Origin: Bigelowiella natans CCMP2755
Lineage: Eukaryota; Protista; Cercozoa
Assembly: GCA_000320545.1 (NCBI GenBank)
Contig: ADNK01001273.1
Coordinates: 22,504 to 86,503 of the forward strand
Reading direction: 5' to 3'
DNA length: 64,000 bases
Part shown: positions 26,279 to 39,900 of the stretch, piece by piece
Position numbering within the stretch: the stretch's first letter is position 1
Layout of the letters: each line of letters begins with the position of its first letter
Notes under the pieces: generated by a model
Database searches by the model: none
Told to the model about the DNA's origin: nothing
The model's input: the letters and a program-made list of their open reading frames with translations, nothing else
Made by a program: the position numbers and the translations under genes

Positions 26279-26819
26279 ATGAAACAACACTTATATACCG
26301 TTTGCGCGCTGGACTATTCTTCCTTCTTCACGCCAAACCCTAGTTGTTTTCTCCTGATTCATCATCAGGGAGATCGCTTGTGATCTCAGAATGACTCCTA
26401 CTACTACTACTACTACTACTACTACTATTACTATTACTACAATTATTCATAAATATTGTCATGATTATACAGCACACAGCACTGTTGTCTTACGACATAC
26501 ACATTTAGTGGCAATCTGCTACCTGCGGAAGAGTTCTTTTAATTCATTATTTATCTGTAAGCACTTAAACTGTTAAAACGAAAAAATTGCACGTGTTCTT
26601 CATCAAAAGGTGTAGACGCTGCATGGGCGCGATGATATCAGACATAATTGAACGAACACTACACGCGTACATCATTCGTTCACACGGCAGCATCGCTAGG
26701 TCGGATGATGGACGGGGTGAACTCGTAGCAAGATTTAACTGAGGAATTTGATTCATGAAAAGATCACAAAAGAGATGATCCCCAAATGTTCCGCCGTGAT
26801 ATGGCAACCATCTATAATT

Positions 26820-27480
26820 TTAAGAGTTGCATCAAGTTCTAATGCAAAGTGTTGTGTGCGAATGCCATGTCTGTTGGGAATCTTCAAACACGCGTGTTGC
26901 ATGGTTTCATGCTAGCATGGTGGCTCGCACGGCTAGACGGTCATTGCTAGATTGTTGTCCCTGCAAACTTGCAATTCGGTCCTGCTAGCTAGCTAGATTG
27001 CATTTCTCAGCCATGCTAGTAAGCCACACGTAATATTTCTTGATGATGATCACGACACTCACGACATGGCACCATGCCTATGCCTGCTCTAGTGCTAGCC
27101 ACGTACGCACTGTGCATGACGGATGTAAATGTTTTCCAGCAGACAAGTAATGCATGTACGTAGCGTCTGCTCGTTGAATTGTAACAGTCACAGAGTCGTG
27201 CGCATAGCCGCAGGTGTCCATAGATTGGTGTGCGTGTTAATGCTCTTACAGAAGGAACCACAACACACGTAATGTGTGATTGCTCTTGGGCAGATCAAAG
27301 TTTCATCGCTCATTTGATGATTCGAATCAACGTTTTGCTCTCCTACAACTAGTTGTGTGTGAGCCATGCTACTGAACATCTGCCTCTTCGCCGTATAATC
27401 ATGTTGAATTGGTGACAGGAGCGCTCCTACACCTTTTCTATGCACATTTTAGACATTTGCACACACAGCTGCTCGATCAA
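26820..27480. other. Partially TpA-depleted, CTAG-rich intergenic island
   Basis: In 26845-27015 nearly all TpA lie in CTAG, including ctagctagctag at ~26985. Confidence 0.6.
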
Positions 27481-27527
27481 TGAGGTCTTTTTCGGATCGA
27501 TGGTTTAAGATCAACTGGCACATGTTT

Positions 27528-27610
<83 letters not shown>

Positions 27611-28457
27611 TACATACATACATGTATGTTATTCATATGTATATGCATCAGGGTGCATTTACTGCATTTAAAAAATGACGGGTTTAGTGATTTGTGATTC
27701 GTTCGAAATATTTTTGGAAAATCAGTGGGAGCATGAACTTGAAGGAATATTGTTGATGGAAAATCTAGATGTTTCCTCTTCTTCTCAGCACTCTCATCCT
27801 CTCTAATCTATCCTCTCACCGCCCTCTTCTGCTTCACACCAGCTGCCGGCTAAAGGATTAATCTGGCCGACGAAATGATGTTGGTGTTCCCCAGCCAGAA
27901 GACCTGCAGCTTCTTTTCCTTTCATTCTGCAGCTGCGACAACGAAACTGAGGATTAAAACACAGTAGAAGGGCGCATGCATTGGTTCCTTCGACCTAATT
28001 TCGATGTCTTCGAGGGAAGAAGGAAGGCGTTTTTGAATTGTCAACTGATAATCGCTCTGGATGAGATGCAGCTCTGTGTCTAAAGGAATATCAACTCCCT
28101 CACCATTGCTTTGGTCTCAGACCCATCGCTTGCAGCGACGGTTTGCCTTTTCTCCATGCGACAATCGAAACCTAGGATGTTTTCCCCCATTCGAAGCAGT
28201 TTGTACAAGTTGGAAAGGAGATATGCTTTCTTAATTTTTTGCCTTCCTTTGGCAATAAATCCCGGAATTCGGTAATAATGCGGTGGAATCGTCTGTTAGT
28301 TTATTTATCGACAACCTCAATATGTTGTCGCTTATCCAAAATAGAACCGACGAATCTGCTTTAAGGTTGGTTTCTTGTCTAGCTAGTTATCTCTTAAATT
28401 TAGGTCCATCAGAGTCCATCCCTCCCCGTCTACCCCTCTCAAACTTCCACGTCTACG

Positions 28458-29552
28458 ATGCCTACCGCACCTCAAATAGAAAAGAAGAACGATGACATTA
28501 TCGTTAGAACACATCAAAGCGGTATGATCGAGAAAATTATGGAAAATTCCATGGCAATCTTCTCCGTTGTCTTCCTCATTGGCATTGCTGCTTCGAAGAC
28601 TATTTTGACCAAGGCAGCCTTCAAGCAAGTGGATTTTGGCTATCCGATCATCCTTTCTGGAATGTCCTGCCTTGTCACTGACACTGCAATCGCGGGCCTT
28701 TGGGGAACTGGTATGGCCTCGTACGCTGCTCCTAAGTCTGACAAACTGTGGTCCTTTGCTGTGGTCACCGTTATGACAGCCCTGGGAATGGCATTCCAGA
28801 ATCTTGCATTGAACATGCTCTCCGTCGCGCTTCAACAAGCTCTTCGGGCAACCCTTCCTGTTTTCGTGATCGTTTTCGAGCGTGTGATTCTGGGAAAGTC
28901 CCATAACAAACTTATCTACGTCGCTCTAATCCCCCTCACGCTTGGCCCTATGCTGTGCCTCAAGGGGTCCAGCGGTGCTGATATTACAGTCATGGGACTT
29001 ATTTACATGACTGCAGGAGTTCTAATGTCTGCTTTAAAGGTAGTGTACCTTGAGAAGGTCGTTCGCTCTGTCCGAAAGGATATGGGTATGGTATCCTTCC
29101 TCTTCTGGCTTGACCTCTTCATGGTGCCCATTCTCGCTCCGTGGACAGTTGCAAACGGTGAAATTTTCGAGGTAGCCAGCTGGCCACAAAGGACATCTGC
29201 AATTGCATGGGGATTCCTTATCCTCGTTTCTATAATGGGAGGCCTCCGTGCATATTCCATAAATATGGTGGTCAAGCACGCTAGCGCTCTGACCAAAACC
29301 GCCGCTGACATCTTCACTCAGGCGCTCACCATCTACGTGTCCCTTTTGATCTTCAACACTGAAGCTTCCACTATGCTTCATTTGGGTATTGCAGTCACCG
29401 TTGCTGGTTTCGGATTTTACACAGCTATTAAGTACAACGAGAAACAGAAGAAGAAGGCGAAGAAGGCGGCGATCAAGAAGGTCGTCGAAGATAACGATAA
29501 TGAGGTGGAGCCCTTCCTCAAGCCTTCTGATGCTGTTTCTCACCGTGTATAG
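28458..29552 (+). CDS. Triose-phosphate / nucleotide-sugar transporter family (DMT/SLC35), intronless
   Basis: 364-aa ORF with about 10 hydrophobic helices. Motifs FGYPIILS, FQNLALNMLSVALQQALRATLPVF, SALKVVY, VVKHASALT. Confidence 0.88.
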   Translation: MPTAPQIEKKNDDIIVRTHQSGMIEKIMENSMAIFSVVFLIGIAASKTILTKAAFKQVDFGYPIILSGMSCLVTDTAIAGLWGTGMASYAAPKSDKLWSFAVVTVMTALGMAFQNLALNMLSVALQQALRATLPVFVIVFERVILGKSHNKLIYVALIPLTLGPMLCLKGSSGADITVMGLIYMTAGVLMSALKVVYLEKVVRSVRKDMGMVSFLFWLDLFMVPILAPWTVANGEIFEVASWPQRTSAIAWGFLILVSIMGGLRAYSINMVVKHASALTKTAADIFTQALTIYVSLLIFNTEASTMLHLGIAVTVAGFGFYTAIKYNEKQKKKAKKAAIKKVVEDNDNEVEPFLKPSDAVSHRV

Positions 29553-29859
29553 CAGGTATAGCATTTGAAGCACAGTATATGAATGACTGATCCGTGAATT
29601 AAGCTTCATGGAAACATACTGTAAGAATTTAATACAATGAGAAAGAATCACACGTGTCAGTGATGGAGCTGAATAGATCCCTCCGTTCAATTCGGATATG
29701 TACGTTGCTAGCATGACTAGACGTTAATAATATCAATATGAGTTCCACATTGACGCATTAGCACAAAGCAATTCATTGCCTATCTACCTAATGTACATTC
29801 GAGGAAGCAAACCAAAAATTTGCGGCAACACATGTGCAGCTAGATAGCTGTGTACACGT

Positions 29860-31600
29860 TGTGAAGGGCTGAAGCACGTAGTCATTGTGCGTCTTGTGTT
29901 TGGCATCATCCTTCCCACAATTTAGCAATCACTCATCAACACCTCAGAACTTTCATTGTCCAACTCTGCAGAGCTAGCTAGCTAGCTATAGGCTTGCAGA
30001 TTGCAGTGCAGCTCTGGAGTCAATCGTGGATTGTGATGCGCAGCCTGGGATGGACCACGCTGCACGGCTTTTTGGTGTGTGACTCACATGGTTGCAACAG
30101 TTCATGGTCAAAGTTGCAAAGTTTGACAAAGCAAGAAAGTGCCAATGCCCCGCAGTTGCACGCAACAACGTGCACGTGCTAGTTGGGTGTGCTCACGACC
30201 AAAAACCATTGTCGTCTGTCTAGCTGTGTCCAAAGGTGAATCACACCCAATCATGTCAGACTGGCAGACACATCAAAACCTGCAGCACTCATCATCGTGC
30301 ATCACACAAGACGTTTCTCCCAGCTGGCAATCAGAATCATCGTTGAAATCAATTGCAACGACGTCCACAATTCACAACAGACAAAGGAATCCCACTTGGC
30401 CGTGCTGGCGTGACGTTCCACGATGGCAATGCTGGAACGATGAACGTGCAAAGTTCAATTGCACACCCATCGAAAGTTCACGTTTCGTCACTGTGTCAAA
30501 GTTTCCATCACATTGCCATCGACGTCAGTTGCTTCTCTGTTCATGCTGGCATGACTCCACGATCAACTTTTGCACTTCTTGTTGGACGATGCGAGTGCGG
30601 TTTGTCCACGTCGTCAGGCACCACGGAATCACGCAACGTTGTGTTGAAATTGCTCGTTTCAACAGAGTTTTCGGTGGTGCTCTCCTTGCTTGGCTCTCTG
30701 ATTTCACCAACCCGCCTGGAAAGGTCTCAGGTGTGCACACGGTGGAGTTCAACGTTTGCGTGCTCGCAGGTTCACGTGACAATGCAGAGACTTCCTCACG
30801 TTCTCCGTGCCCGTGCTGGAACGTTCCTTGGGCACGGTTCGGCGATTGTGCTAGCAGGCCTAGCTAGCTAGAGGCGTTGAAAAGCGGTGTGAGGTTTTGA
30901 AGCTGAAATTCGAAAAAAAATCAAATTTGAACTTCAAAAGGCTCCAGCGTGCTTCCAATGTCGCAATGATTGCAACGATTGAGCGCGCCAGGCTAGCAGG
31001 CCGCGCGCGCAAAGCACAGTTTGTGCAAACCCCAGTCGTCGTTGCCGGATTTGACGGAGTTGTGAGCTAGCTAGCGCTGCGATGACTCACGCTAGCACGC
31101 ACACACATGGCGCTGATCACATGCAGTTCTAGAGTTCCAAAGTTGCATCAGTTCACAGTAGCTAGGCAGGCATCATCTGAATCATGCGATCTAGACAATT
31201 GCCACCCTAGCTAGCTAGGATACTCCACCACATCGCGCGTGATATGTGGCGCCTGTTCAACCAGAGGCAGATGAGCGTCGCATCGCACGCCACCACACTA
31301 GCACACGCCGACTTGATGATCTAGTGATGTGTGTGGCGACATGCTTGTTATCTAGTCATCGTTGCTACAAATTTGCGGTGCGCACCGCGCCCACTAGCCC
31401 GGCCTAACGGTGTGGTGTCTCCCATCATGTGTCTACCTATCAGCATCTCCTAGTCAGCACGAACAGGCTGCACATTGATATGCATTGTTCGTCTATGCAC
31501 TACATCGTGCCTAAATGTGGATGCACAAGCCCAGACATCGATGTGTGGCGTGTCAATATATCAAAATGGTTGTCTAGAGTGTGTGCTGCCCGACACGCTA
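29860..31600. mobile_element. Hypermutated repeat or TE-like island, family unassigned
   Basis: Hand count over 29991-31158: 11 TpA, all in CTAG. The long Tyr-free, Cys/His-rich ORFs result from loss of TAA/TAG. TE identity is inferred by analogy with the LINE remnant. Confidence 0.6.
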
Positions 31601-31858
31601 CGTCCTGTCGCACTTCGATGCTCATAGTAGACCGTGACATAGTGCGTCGTAAGATGTATTTCATTTATCTAATTATCTTTCTTAGCCTGAGCAGACGCCT
31701 GCCTCTTTAATTTTTCTGTTCCTATTGTCACATGTTACAACAACTCATGATTTGATAGATATCTTACCGTCGACACATTGGAAAAGAAATGGTGGATTAT
31801 GTCGGTGGAAAGTGCGAGATACAGTAGCAATCCCTTCACTCTGATTTTCGAAAAGGTT

Positions 31859-33421
31859 TCATGTTGTATTGGTACCGGTATTTCCATTTATTGATATTCC
31901 AATGATGACTCCAAAGAGCCCTGAGTCGATGCATAAACGTGGTTAGGCTATTCCCTCGATTCTCGCGTATTGAGCGTTATCTCAAGTTAAACAATAATTT
32001 TGTCAACTTGTTTAGGGAAGGGAATGCATTAAACTCTTCTTTTCTACAATGCTAGCATTTCTTTGTTTGTTCGTGTATCATCAGGTTTTTTTAGATGAAA
32101 ATACTCACAGCCATCATTAATATAATCAGTACCTCCAGTGAGAAGGAGCAAGGCTGCTGAGAATGGCGATTTCTTCAGTATCTCGCCCACTTTAATGAAT
32201 TCACTAACGAAGTAGCATTTTCACGTTAAAAAAATAAAAGATTAAACATTAAGTAAAACACTTAAATATTGTCATATTGTGATAATATAAAAGTCAAACG
32301 TACGTCCATATCGCCACCAAAAATATGGAAACTATCCCCGGGGGCGAAGGCACTCTTTTGAACGGGGCCTCTTTGGCCCCAGCGAGAGCCCAGTTTATGA
32401 GCTCCACATGGTTTGATATCGATTTCCTAAAATCGATGATGTCATGGTAAATGAGACAGTCAGGACTTGGATTTTTTGCGTCCTTAATTTTAGGAGGGGG
32501 GAGGAGAGAAGTAGCATGCGAACAAAAGATTATTCGGGTGTCATCAACGCACCTTTTCCAAGCGTATTGACCGTCCTTCATATAGACAAAGTGCGGTATT
32601 CTCTTCATCCCGAGCTAACGATGTAGATATGTGAGTTTTAGATGACTAATATCACAGTAATACTGTTTAGGACGACATAATTTGTATCACAGGTGGCGTT
32701 AATAAACCAGCTGCGATCCCAGCCTGTAGTGATCTGTATCAACATAGGCTACGTTCACCTAGTAGTATTAAACACAGACAAACATTTATTTCACATGTCT
32801 GAAGCAAGTAACCAGCTAAAACTGACGAGCCAGCCAGTAAATTACCTGCTCGTGCAATATTTTAGCAGTCGCGGGCCAAATATGTGCCATCTTTACGCAT
32901 TTAGAGTTGGAACTGTGTGGAGTTGGAAAAGGATCAAATCCAAGAAAAATGAAAAACGTATACATTCTGCCTCCCACCTTGGACAAAAAATTATCAGCCA
33001 TGGTTTTTGGTAGCCTTACGAAATCACAAATATCAAGTTATTAGCATATGCAACGATCAGATGTCTCCCTCTTTGGGTTACGGAGCACTACCGGTTTCGA
33101 TATATAATATATACACGTGTAAATATTTATAAATGTGTGAGGTTGGTACATCTCTGCATCAAGTGCTTTGAAATGTTGGGTCTACCTTTATTTGTGTCTC
33201 CCCAATTTAGGTCAGTCAACTGCATTGCGCACAAATTAATTCATTGGCAGTGGAGGGTTCACTAATGCAAAATATCTAACCTTGATGACATGCGATGATG
33301 GTGTCTCTTTATCAGAGGCATCGCTGCGAGCGGTGGGGCGACCATCGGTGGCCAATGGCGGCAGTTTCCAACATTGAGCGGTGTGGAGTGTTGCCAGAAG
33401 CACAACAAGGAGGCCTTGCAT
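31859..33421 (-). CDS. Signal peptide, thioredoxin fold and C-terminal TM helix (TMX/PDI-like), non-canonical active site
   Basis: Spliced product: MQGLLVVLLATLHTAQC..SHVIK|LTDLNWGDTNK|VLRNPKRETSD|RYQKPWLIIFCP|SSNSKCVKMAHIWPATAKILHEQ|VNVAYVDTDHYRLGSQL|LGMKRIPHFVYMKDGQYAWK|RKSISNHVELINWALAG..VPSPPG..WT|EFIKV..AALLLLTG|GLFGVIIGISING..*. Phases are consistent; the 3' end is less certain. Confidence 0.75.
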
Positions 33422-33499
33422 CTACAGTAAAGCTGGTTGGAATTTGATGAGCTTAGCGAGGGTGGGGAGCACGCGGAAAATAACGGCAGTACTCGCGAC

Positions 33500-34700
33500 A
33501 AGCCAGAGGCACGTGCCACATAATTCCACAAATCATGGCTGTTTTAATCCTGCGACAATGATTTTGACACGTGTCATCTGGAGTACGTCTTTTTCGACAC
33601 ACAAAATGAAAAGAATCGAATCAAGCTCTGCGTGCATCGCAGCAATTACAGCAAGCTGAGTTGTGCCGGTTCATCCGCCCGTTGTTGTTGTTTGTTCTTG
33701 CTCACGGCCTTGCACACCTTACTGTTGCGGATGATGCACTCTGATGATGATCGGGAGCTAGCCGAACAGGACAGGCCAAAAATTGGTGCATGTGGGCGCA
33801 CGCACGTGTGTGGTGCAGTGCAATGATGTGTCACAGTGTTGTTCGACCTTTTGCGTTTGTGATGCTCTGGCTGGTGCCAAGCTGCAAGTGTGCAATTGGG
33901 CATTCATGTGTGCGTTGTGGCAGCCAGCACAGTGTGGCTGCAGCCGATGTTGTGCACGTGTCTCTGGCAGACAAGCATCACGCACGTGATTGAATGATTG
34001 CCATCGATGCACGCGCACGCCATGAATCGCTAGATCGCACCAAACATGCTTGTGTGCACATCTGCACGTCTGCTGTGAATGTGCGCAGATCACAAGTGAC
34101 AGTCCAACCATGACTAGCAGATGAGTCTGTGCGCACCATCCAACCATGCTGGCACAGCAGCATGTGGATGCATGCAACAGAAGCCACACTTTGGCACTCA
34201 TGATGGACACAGCAATGTGGCATGTGTAATGTGTATATGTCATATTGCATGTCTATCATACACGAGCGACATTTGTGCACACCATGCATGCCTAGCATGG
34301 CCGGCGCGAATGAACGCTCCATTGTCAGCTGAAAGTTGTAGCTCATTGTGGACACGTGATGCCATGCACATGCAATGTGCATGACATCACTTCATCCATT
34401 GTGAGCATGGCACTCATCACAGACACGCAACACCATGCACACACTGCACGTGACATCACTTTGTCCATCATGCTCATCATGAAAAAGCAACAAGTTTTTT
34501 TCAATTTTGAAAGTCGAATGCATGCAAGATGTCGCACTTCGTCTAGACGCATCTGCGGATCTAAGTGCAAAGTTCATCACCATCAGTAAAAGACAGCAGG
34601 TAAGCACAACATGCCATGCCACACATTGACACAACCTACAAGCAAAAACATCACCATGCTCCATCGAACATCATTGCGAAGGTGAGTTGTTCAAATGACG
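33500..34700. other. TpA-depleted, CTAG-retaining island (probable hypermutated repeat)
   Basis: Hand count over 33722-34225: 3 TpA, all in CTAG, with dense tgca/catg/cacg. Confidence 0.8.
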
Positions 34701-35099
34701 TCCTTGAGATCTGGGGGAATTTCAACGATCTGAAACAAATCATACACAATGAGTAGCTGCCACGAACATGCTTCCCTCACTACCACATTTTAGGAACCAA
34801 AAAGCAATGTGCTGCGAATAGTGTGATCGAAAGTTTTGCAGTATTACCGCTTGTCGCGTACCCTGGCCTAGATATAGACACAAAATATATATTTATATGT
34901 AAGTTGTCAAGTGCCTCACGAGATGAATAGAATGCGTATACTCTTGTTCTCTGGGCTGGAATCCTCGCCAGGGCTTCGAATGAAAACCATCCTACAATAT
35001 CCATAAACAGTGAGCATCCCAAGACGCGGTGAATATGTGTTAGGAACGGAGACAGAGTTGGACAGCAAGTTCAATACTCACATATATAAATATAATACA

Positions 35100-35136
<37 letters not shown>

Positions 35137-35552
35137 ATATTATGTACATTTATAATATTATCTGATGCACATTATAAATTATGAATTCTAAAGCCATCAA
35201 CCAAGGCGGCCTTCGAGTCTCTTGTTCCCCTTCGTTCTTCGGGATGTCCGCTCGCCAACCTATGTGGAATACGGTCGTGGGTGAGGTGCTTGCAAAGGGA
35301 GCAATTGTCCTCCTTTTTCATTCTCACCATGGTTGCAGGCTTGCTGACCATGTGCATGGGCGCTGCCACAACGCCCCTCTTTTTCCCCTAATAAATCCAC
35401 CACGCCACATCAGATTTTCGGAGAACGAGTAAAATCTCAACCTGACAACGTTAGGCTAGAGAAGTGGATTCTCAGGAAAAATTTCCTTCACTCTCAGGGC
35501 TTTGGTTGGCCATAAAATAAAAGCACTAATAGAGATCAATAAATATCTAAAA

Positions 35553-35723
35553 TCAACTGAGTGGAAAATGGAAGACAACGACGTCGATACTACAGCGTGA
35601 TTTGAGGCGGGGAAGGAAATGGTCCAGATTCGGCCTTGCTGAGATAGAGAACGGTCGCAGTATCAGCAGCAGCAGCGGCGGCAGCGGCGACAACGGGAAC
35701 TTAAATCAAGGCGAAAATATACG

Positions 35724-35760
<37 letters not shown>

Positions 35761-35833
35761 ATCTAGCATAATCATATCACTTCTACTACTCCTACTACAA
35801 TTACTACAAGCACGATGCCTCCTAGTGAGAATG

Positions 35834-35873
<40 letters not shown>

Positions 35874-36261
35874 AATATATACACATATGTATAGATATTG
35901 CACCGGGGTTTGCCAGGCGAGTGTATGAGGGCACATGCCCCAGACACATATGCAGCCAATTCGTCACCAGTCCCTAGACAAGAGCAACAACCAAACCCTC
36001 CATCATATACGCCTACTTCTACTGCTCGCCTTCCGATTTAGAACGGTGTGGAGCAGCAACCAGCAGCAGCGGTAGCAAACAGTAGGATGTGGCAAGATGT
36101 GTAACCGATGGCACTTTCTTCCCTCACCGCTGCTATTTCATGGCTAATTTTCCTACTGCCATTGTGAGACAGCAGTTTCGAGGAGGGGTCAATGTGCAAG
36201 CATCTACAAATCATCATCATCACCATCATCATCAATACTACAACAACTACTGCTGCTGCTT

Positions 36262-36295
<34 letters not shown>

Positions 36296-36889
36296 CACAG
36301 GATTTACGATGACCATGTTGTTCTGGCAAGCTAAATCGGAAAAGAGCAGCTTCAAGAGGGTCGGGTTCGTGCTTGTTGTCCCGCCCCCCGACTGACGCTC
36401 CTGCCGTTTTCTCTTCGCAAAGAAAGCTCTAAGCCTTAGCAGCTTTGCCAGATCCCACTGAGAGTTTGCAATCATGTGATATCCAGTAGAGGAGGAGGAG
36501 GAGAAAGCGGGGGGGGATAAAATCATATGATTGGGAGGTATTAAGAAGGTAGCACCAAAGAACCCCAATGCAAGAAAGTTGCGTCATATCAGCACCATTC
36601 CGACAGTATACCCATCTTTATCGACGAGTATATCCGTATCCCCTTATCATCACCATCATCACCATCATATTTCCCAACTAACTTGTTCTTCTTATTTGCT
36701 GTTTCCTTCTACCTGAAGGCATCCGAAGGAGATCAGACAGGACTGCAGCACCAGCATTCCAACAACATAGCCTTGTAGGGGGGGTGGGGGGGGGGGGGGG
36801 GATAGGATCATGGTCGTATGAGTGGAGCAGGGGCCATGATAAACAGACGCAAACAACAGGGACAAAAAAGATACGACGGTAAAGATCCA

Positions 36890-36930
<41 letters not shown>

Positions 36931-39900
36931 AGTCGAGGAGAAAATCGTCCATTTTTGAATTGATGCCGTTTTGGTTATTTACATGTGTAGAAGAATGCCT
37001 CCAGGGTCAACACCAAACGCAGCAGCCACACGATGTGAGAAGGACCTGGAAGTGATGGAAGGCAATCAGCTTTACCGCATCATTGTCAGTACGACGGCTC
37101 GAAGGGTGATAATGCAATGCAAATTAAAGCAGTGAGGCAAATCATCATATGATTAGCAATATCATCGCCTCCTTCTCCTCCTCCTCATCAAGATCAACAT
37201 CATCATTCTTCTTCTTCTTCTTCTGTGTCATGTTACTACCATCGTCCATGGACATGACTATACGGACGCATCTGCCAGCGGGCATGTATGACGGAGGGAA
37301 GAGGCGACACGCACGCACACACGCACACAACCGCACACACAAACAAACCACAACCACAAACACGCGACCGAGTGGTCAGAACGATGTATGGAGATAGAAC
37401 AGCAGATCTACATGCGAATATCTTCAAAGGTGGTAACGAGGATAATCGTAGAGATGATAATGATGATGATGATCATCATCATCATTATCAAGGCCCCTCT
37501 CCTCCTCCTCCTCCTCCTCCTCGTCCATTTTCTTTTTATTCTTCTTATTCTTCTTTACTGCATACTTGGTCATAGCCAGCGACTCCATTAACAACCACCA
37601 CCAGAATATATGTCTGGCCAAACAACAGCTGTGAGAATAAATGACAGGTGACTACAGGGAGGGGGGGTGGGGCGGGGGGAGGGATTTCAGTGGGACGAGT
37701 GTACAAAAAGGGTTCTTCTTCTTCTTCTTCTTCTTCTTCTTCTTCTACTTAGTGCTGTGGCACTACCTATTGGTGGCTCCGATGCAGGTTGATAGAAATG
37801 GGCTGCGATCGGAAATGAGCAGCACCCACAAAACAACAACAACAACACCACATTAATAGGCGACAACACAAGCAGCAGCAACAACAACGACCACAGGATA
37901 AATGGCGGCAGGAGATGAACATCGAACGTCAGGTGAGTCTTCTTCTTTCTCTATGCAGCAAACGCCTATTGCTATGGAAGGAAGGCCGCATATTAAAGAT
38001 GCACAATCCCCCCCTCCTTCCCCGATAGATTTTCATATGCACGCATGGCTATGCGCACGATCGGGGACAGGTATTACCAGTGGTGATCGAATTTACAGAC
38101 ACACCGATTGCATCTGTAGCAATGCTTTGACCGCTGATGAGGAGAAAGAGAGGTGATGATGATGATGATGGTGTGCGCCAATAACCAAGCCGCAACTGTG
38201 GATTCAGAATGCCATGAGCTTCTTCGTCAAACAAGTATTTACTAACAACAAAAATAAGTCACATTTATCGAAAACGACAGTTTGCTGCCTTCCCCCCCGT
38301 CACTCGTCAAATCGCCAATTTCCAAATTGCGTACAGTCTTTGCACAATATCTCTCTCGTTTTCTTTTTTTCGGAGGGCGGGGGGTTAGCGCAAAGAGGAG
38401 ATCGTTATTACAAAGGGCTTGATAATTTGGCATTCTTTGCAGAAGGCAGTTCCTGATCATGAAAGTTAGGTCAAAATGGCATCTTAAAGTTGCTTTTCGC
38501 GCTGTCAGTAGATTTTCACACTTACGTATGTACGGTACTGAGATCACCGATGATTCTGTTGTTGAGCGAAAATTGGCGTGTCGCAGATTTAAATAATATC
38601 GATGTTCTCGCTACACCCATAACATTCGAGAAAATCTCTACATTGAGAATTGTAGCCTTTCCAAAAGACTTGTACAACAATAACAAACAACTGCTACCGT
38701 TACCACTAATATTACTGAAATTAACGACCACAACTTATTCGCACCTTTCGGAGGTTCTCGGGCGTATACTCTCTCGATATCTTCAAAGGGCAAGAAAACA
38801 TAAAGGGCGTCAGGCGATTGGGGATACGTTATTATTTCTAAAAAATGCTGACGAAACTGGAAACACCGGTGATGACTTTGTCTCAAGTGGACAAAAACAA
38901 AACACCAGTCTCAGCTTCGGAATCCAACATTCAACGTATTCTTATAAATTGTTGCTGTGTTCTATTCACCTGCTCCGCCACGTGGAAGAAAGCCCCTCGC
39001 ACCTTTTGGTTTGTTGATGATATTTAGGTGAGGCAATAGCAGATTACTGTAGTTGTTTGTCTATTGCATACTGCTACTGGAAGTCTTAACTCTTTCATCT
39101 TAAAGGAATGGGTGCAAAGTAGCTGTATCATATATTTGCAAAGAAATCATAAACATGCGCACGCCGTCGGTTGCCTCCATCATAAACGATAATGCTCAGA
39201 AGATACTCTCCACCACCACCAAAACATCACTGCTACTTCTGTACGCTGTTGTTACCGAATACTAATCTGATCCAAAGCCCCACAGCAATGAAATGCGCGA
39301 GATACCTAGAACCATGAAGAGATCAAACATTAAAGTCTCTCGTTGTCTGGACGATTCTCGATCCCATTCTCACTCACCATGGCAAATAGTACGACGTGTC
39401 GCCGTCTTCGTATGCCCTGAAAAGGGACACATTTACATCGCGATCAGCTTGATGTCTCTGTAAATATAAGGGAAATCGCCACCTGTGCAAGTTGGAAGGG
39501 AATATCTGAATGCCTCCGAACAGAGTCAGGTTGAGGAATAGAAACCCTCGAATGGCGCTGCAAGAAAGGTTAGGAAACGTAATTATGGTCGCAGGGCCAA
39601 CATCTTTGCCTGCCCTTTGTACGTCAGGAGGTTCTAAACTTTGATTCGCATCGAAATATCTCAGTGTGTTTAGATCAACCGGCTACGCTCTCGCCGCCGT
39701 TCTGAATCTGACCACGGTTCCTTTGGTATTACAGGGGGGGGGGGGGGGATCCAGCAACATATCATATCGTTCATGACGACGCCGTTAAGTCTGAAGCTGC
39801 AAAACATCATACAATTTCCCCCTTTTCCACTCTATGGTTGTTCTCTCCTTGCAATCCATCATACCTTAGGATCCAGCTGGGATCGTGCATTCAACTCGTC

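Noticed and set aside
29034-29714. 226-aa minus-strand ORF
   Set aside because: Antisense shadow of the TPT coding sequence.
30139-30871. 242-aa and 172-aa overlapping ORFs (also the Cys/His-rich ORFs at 33600-34660 and 47300-47850)
   Set aside because: They stay open because TpA loss removes TAA/TAG stops. No domain is recognisable, and the Cys/His excess is mutational rather than zinc-finger.
32720-32760. VAYVDTD as a glycosyltransferase DxD motif
   Set aside because: The spliced context fits a thioredoxin beta-strand (VNVAxVD) instead.
34780-35432. Short ORFs downstream of the DHHC gene (and similar ones at 53200-54260)
   Set aside because: No recognisable homology or consistent exon chain. 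They may be UTR or unrecognised exons.
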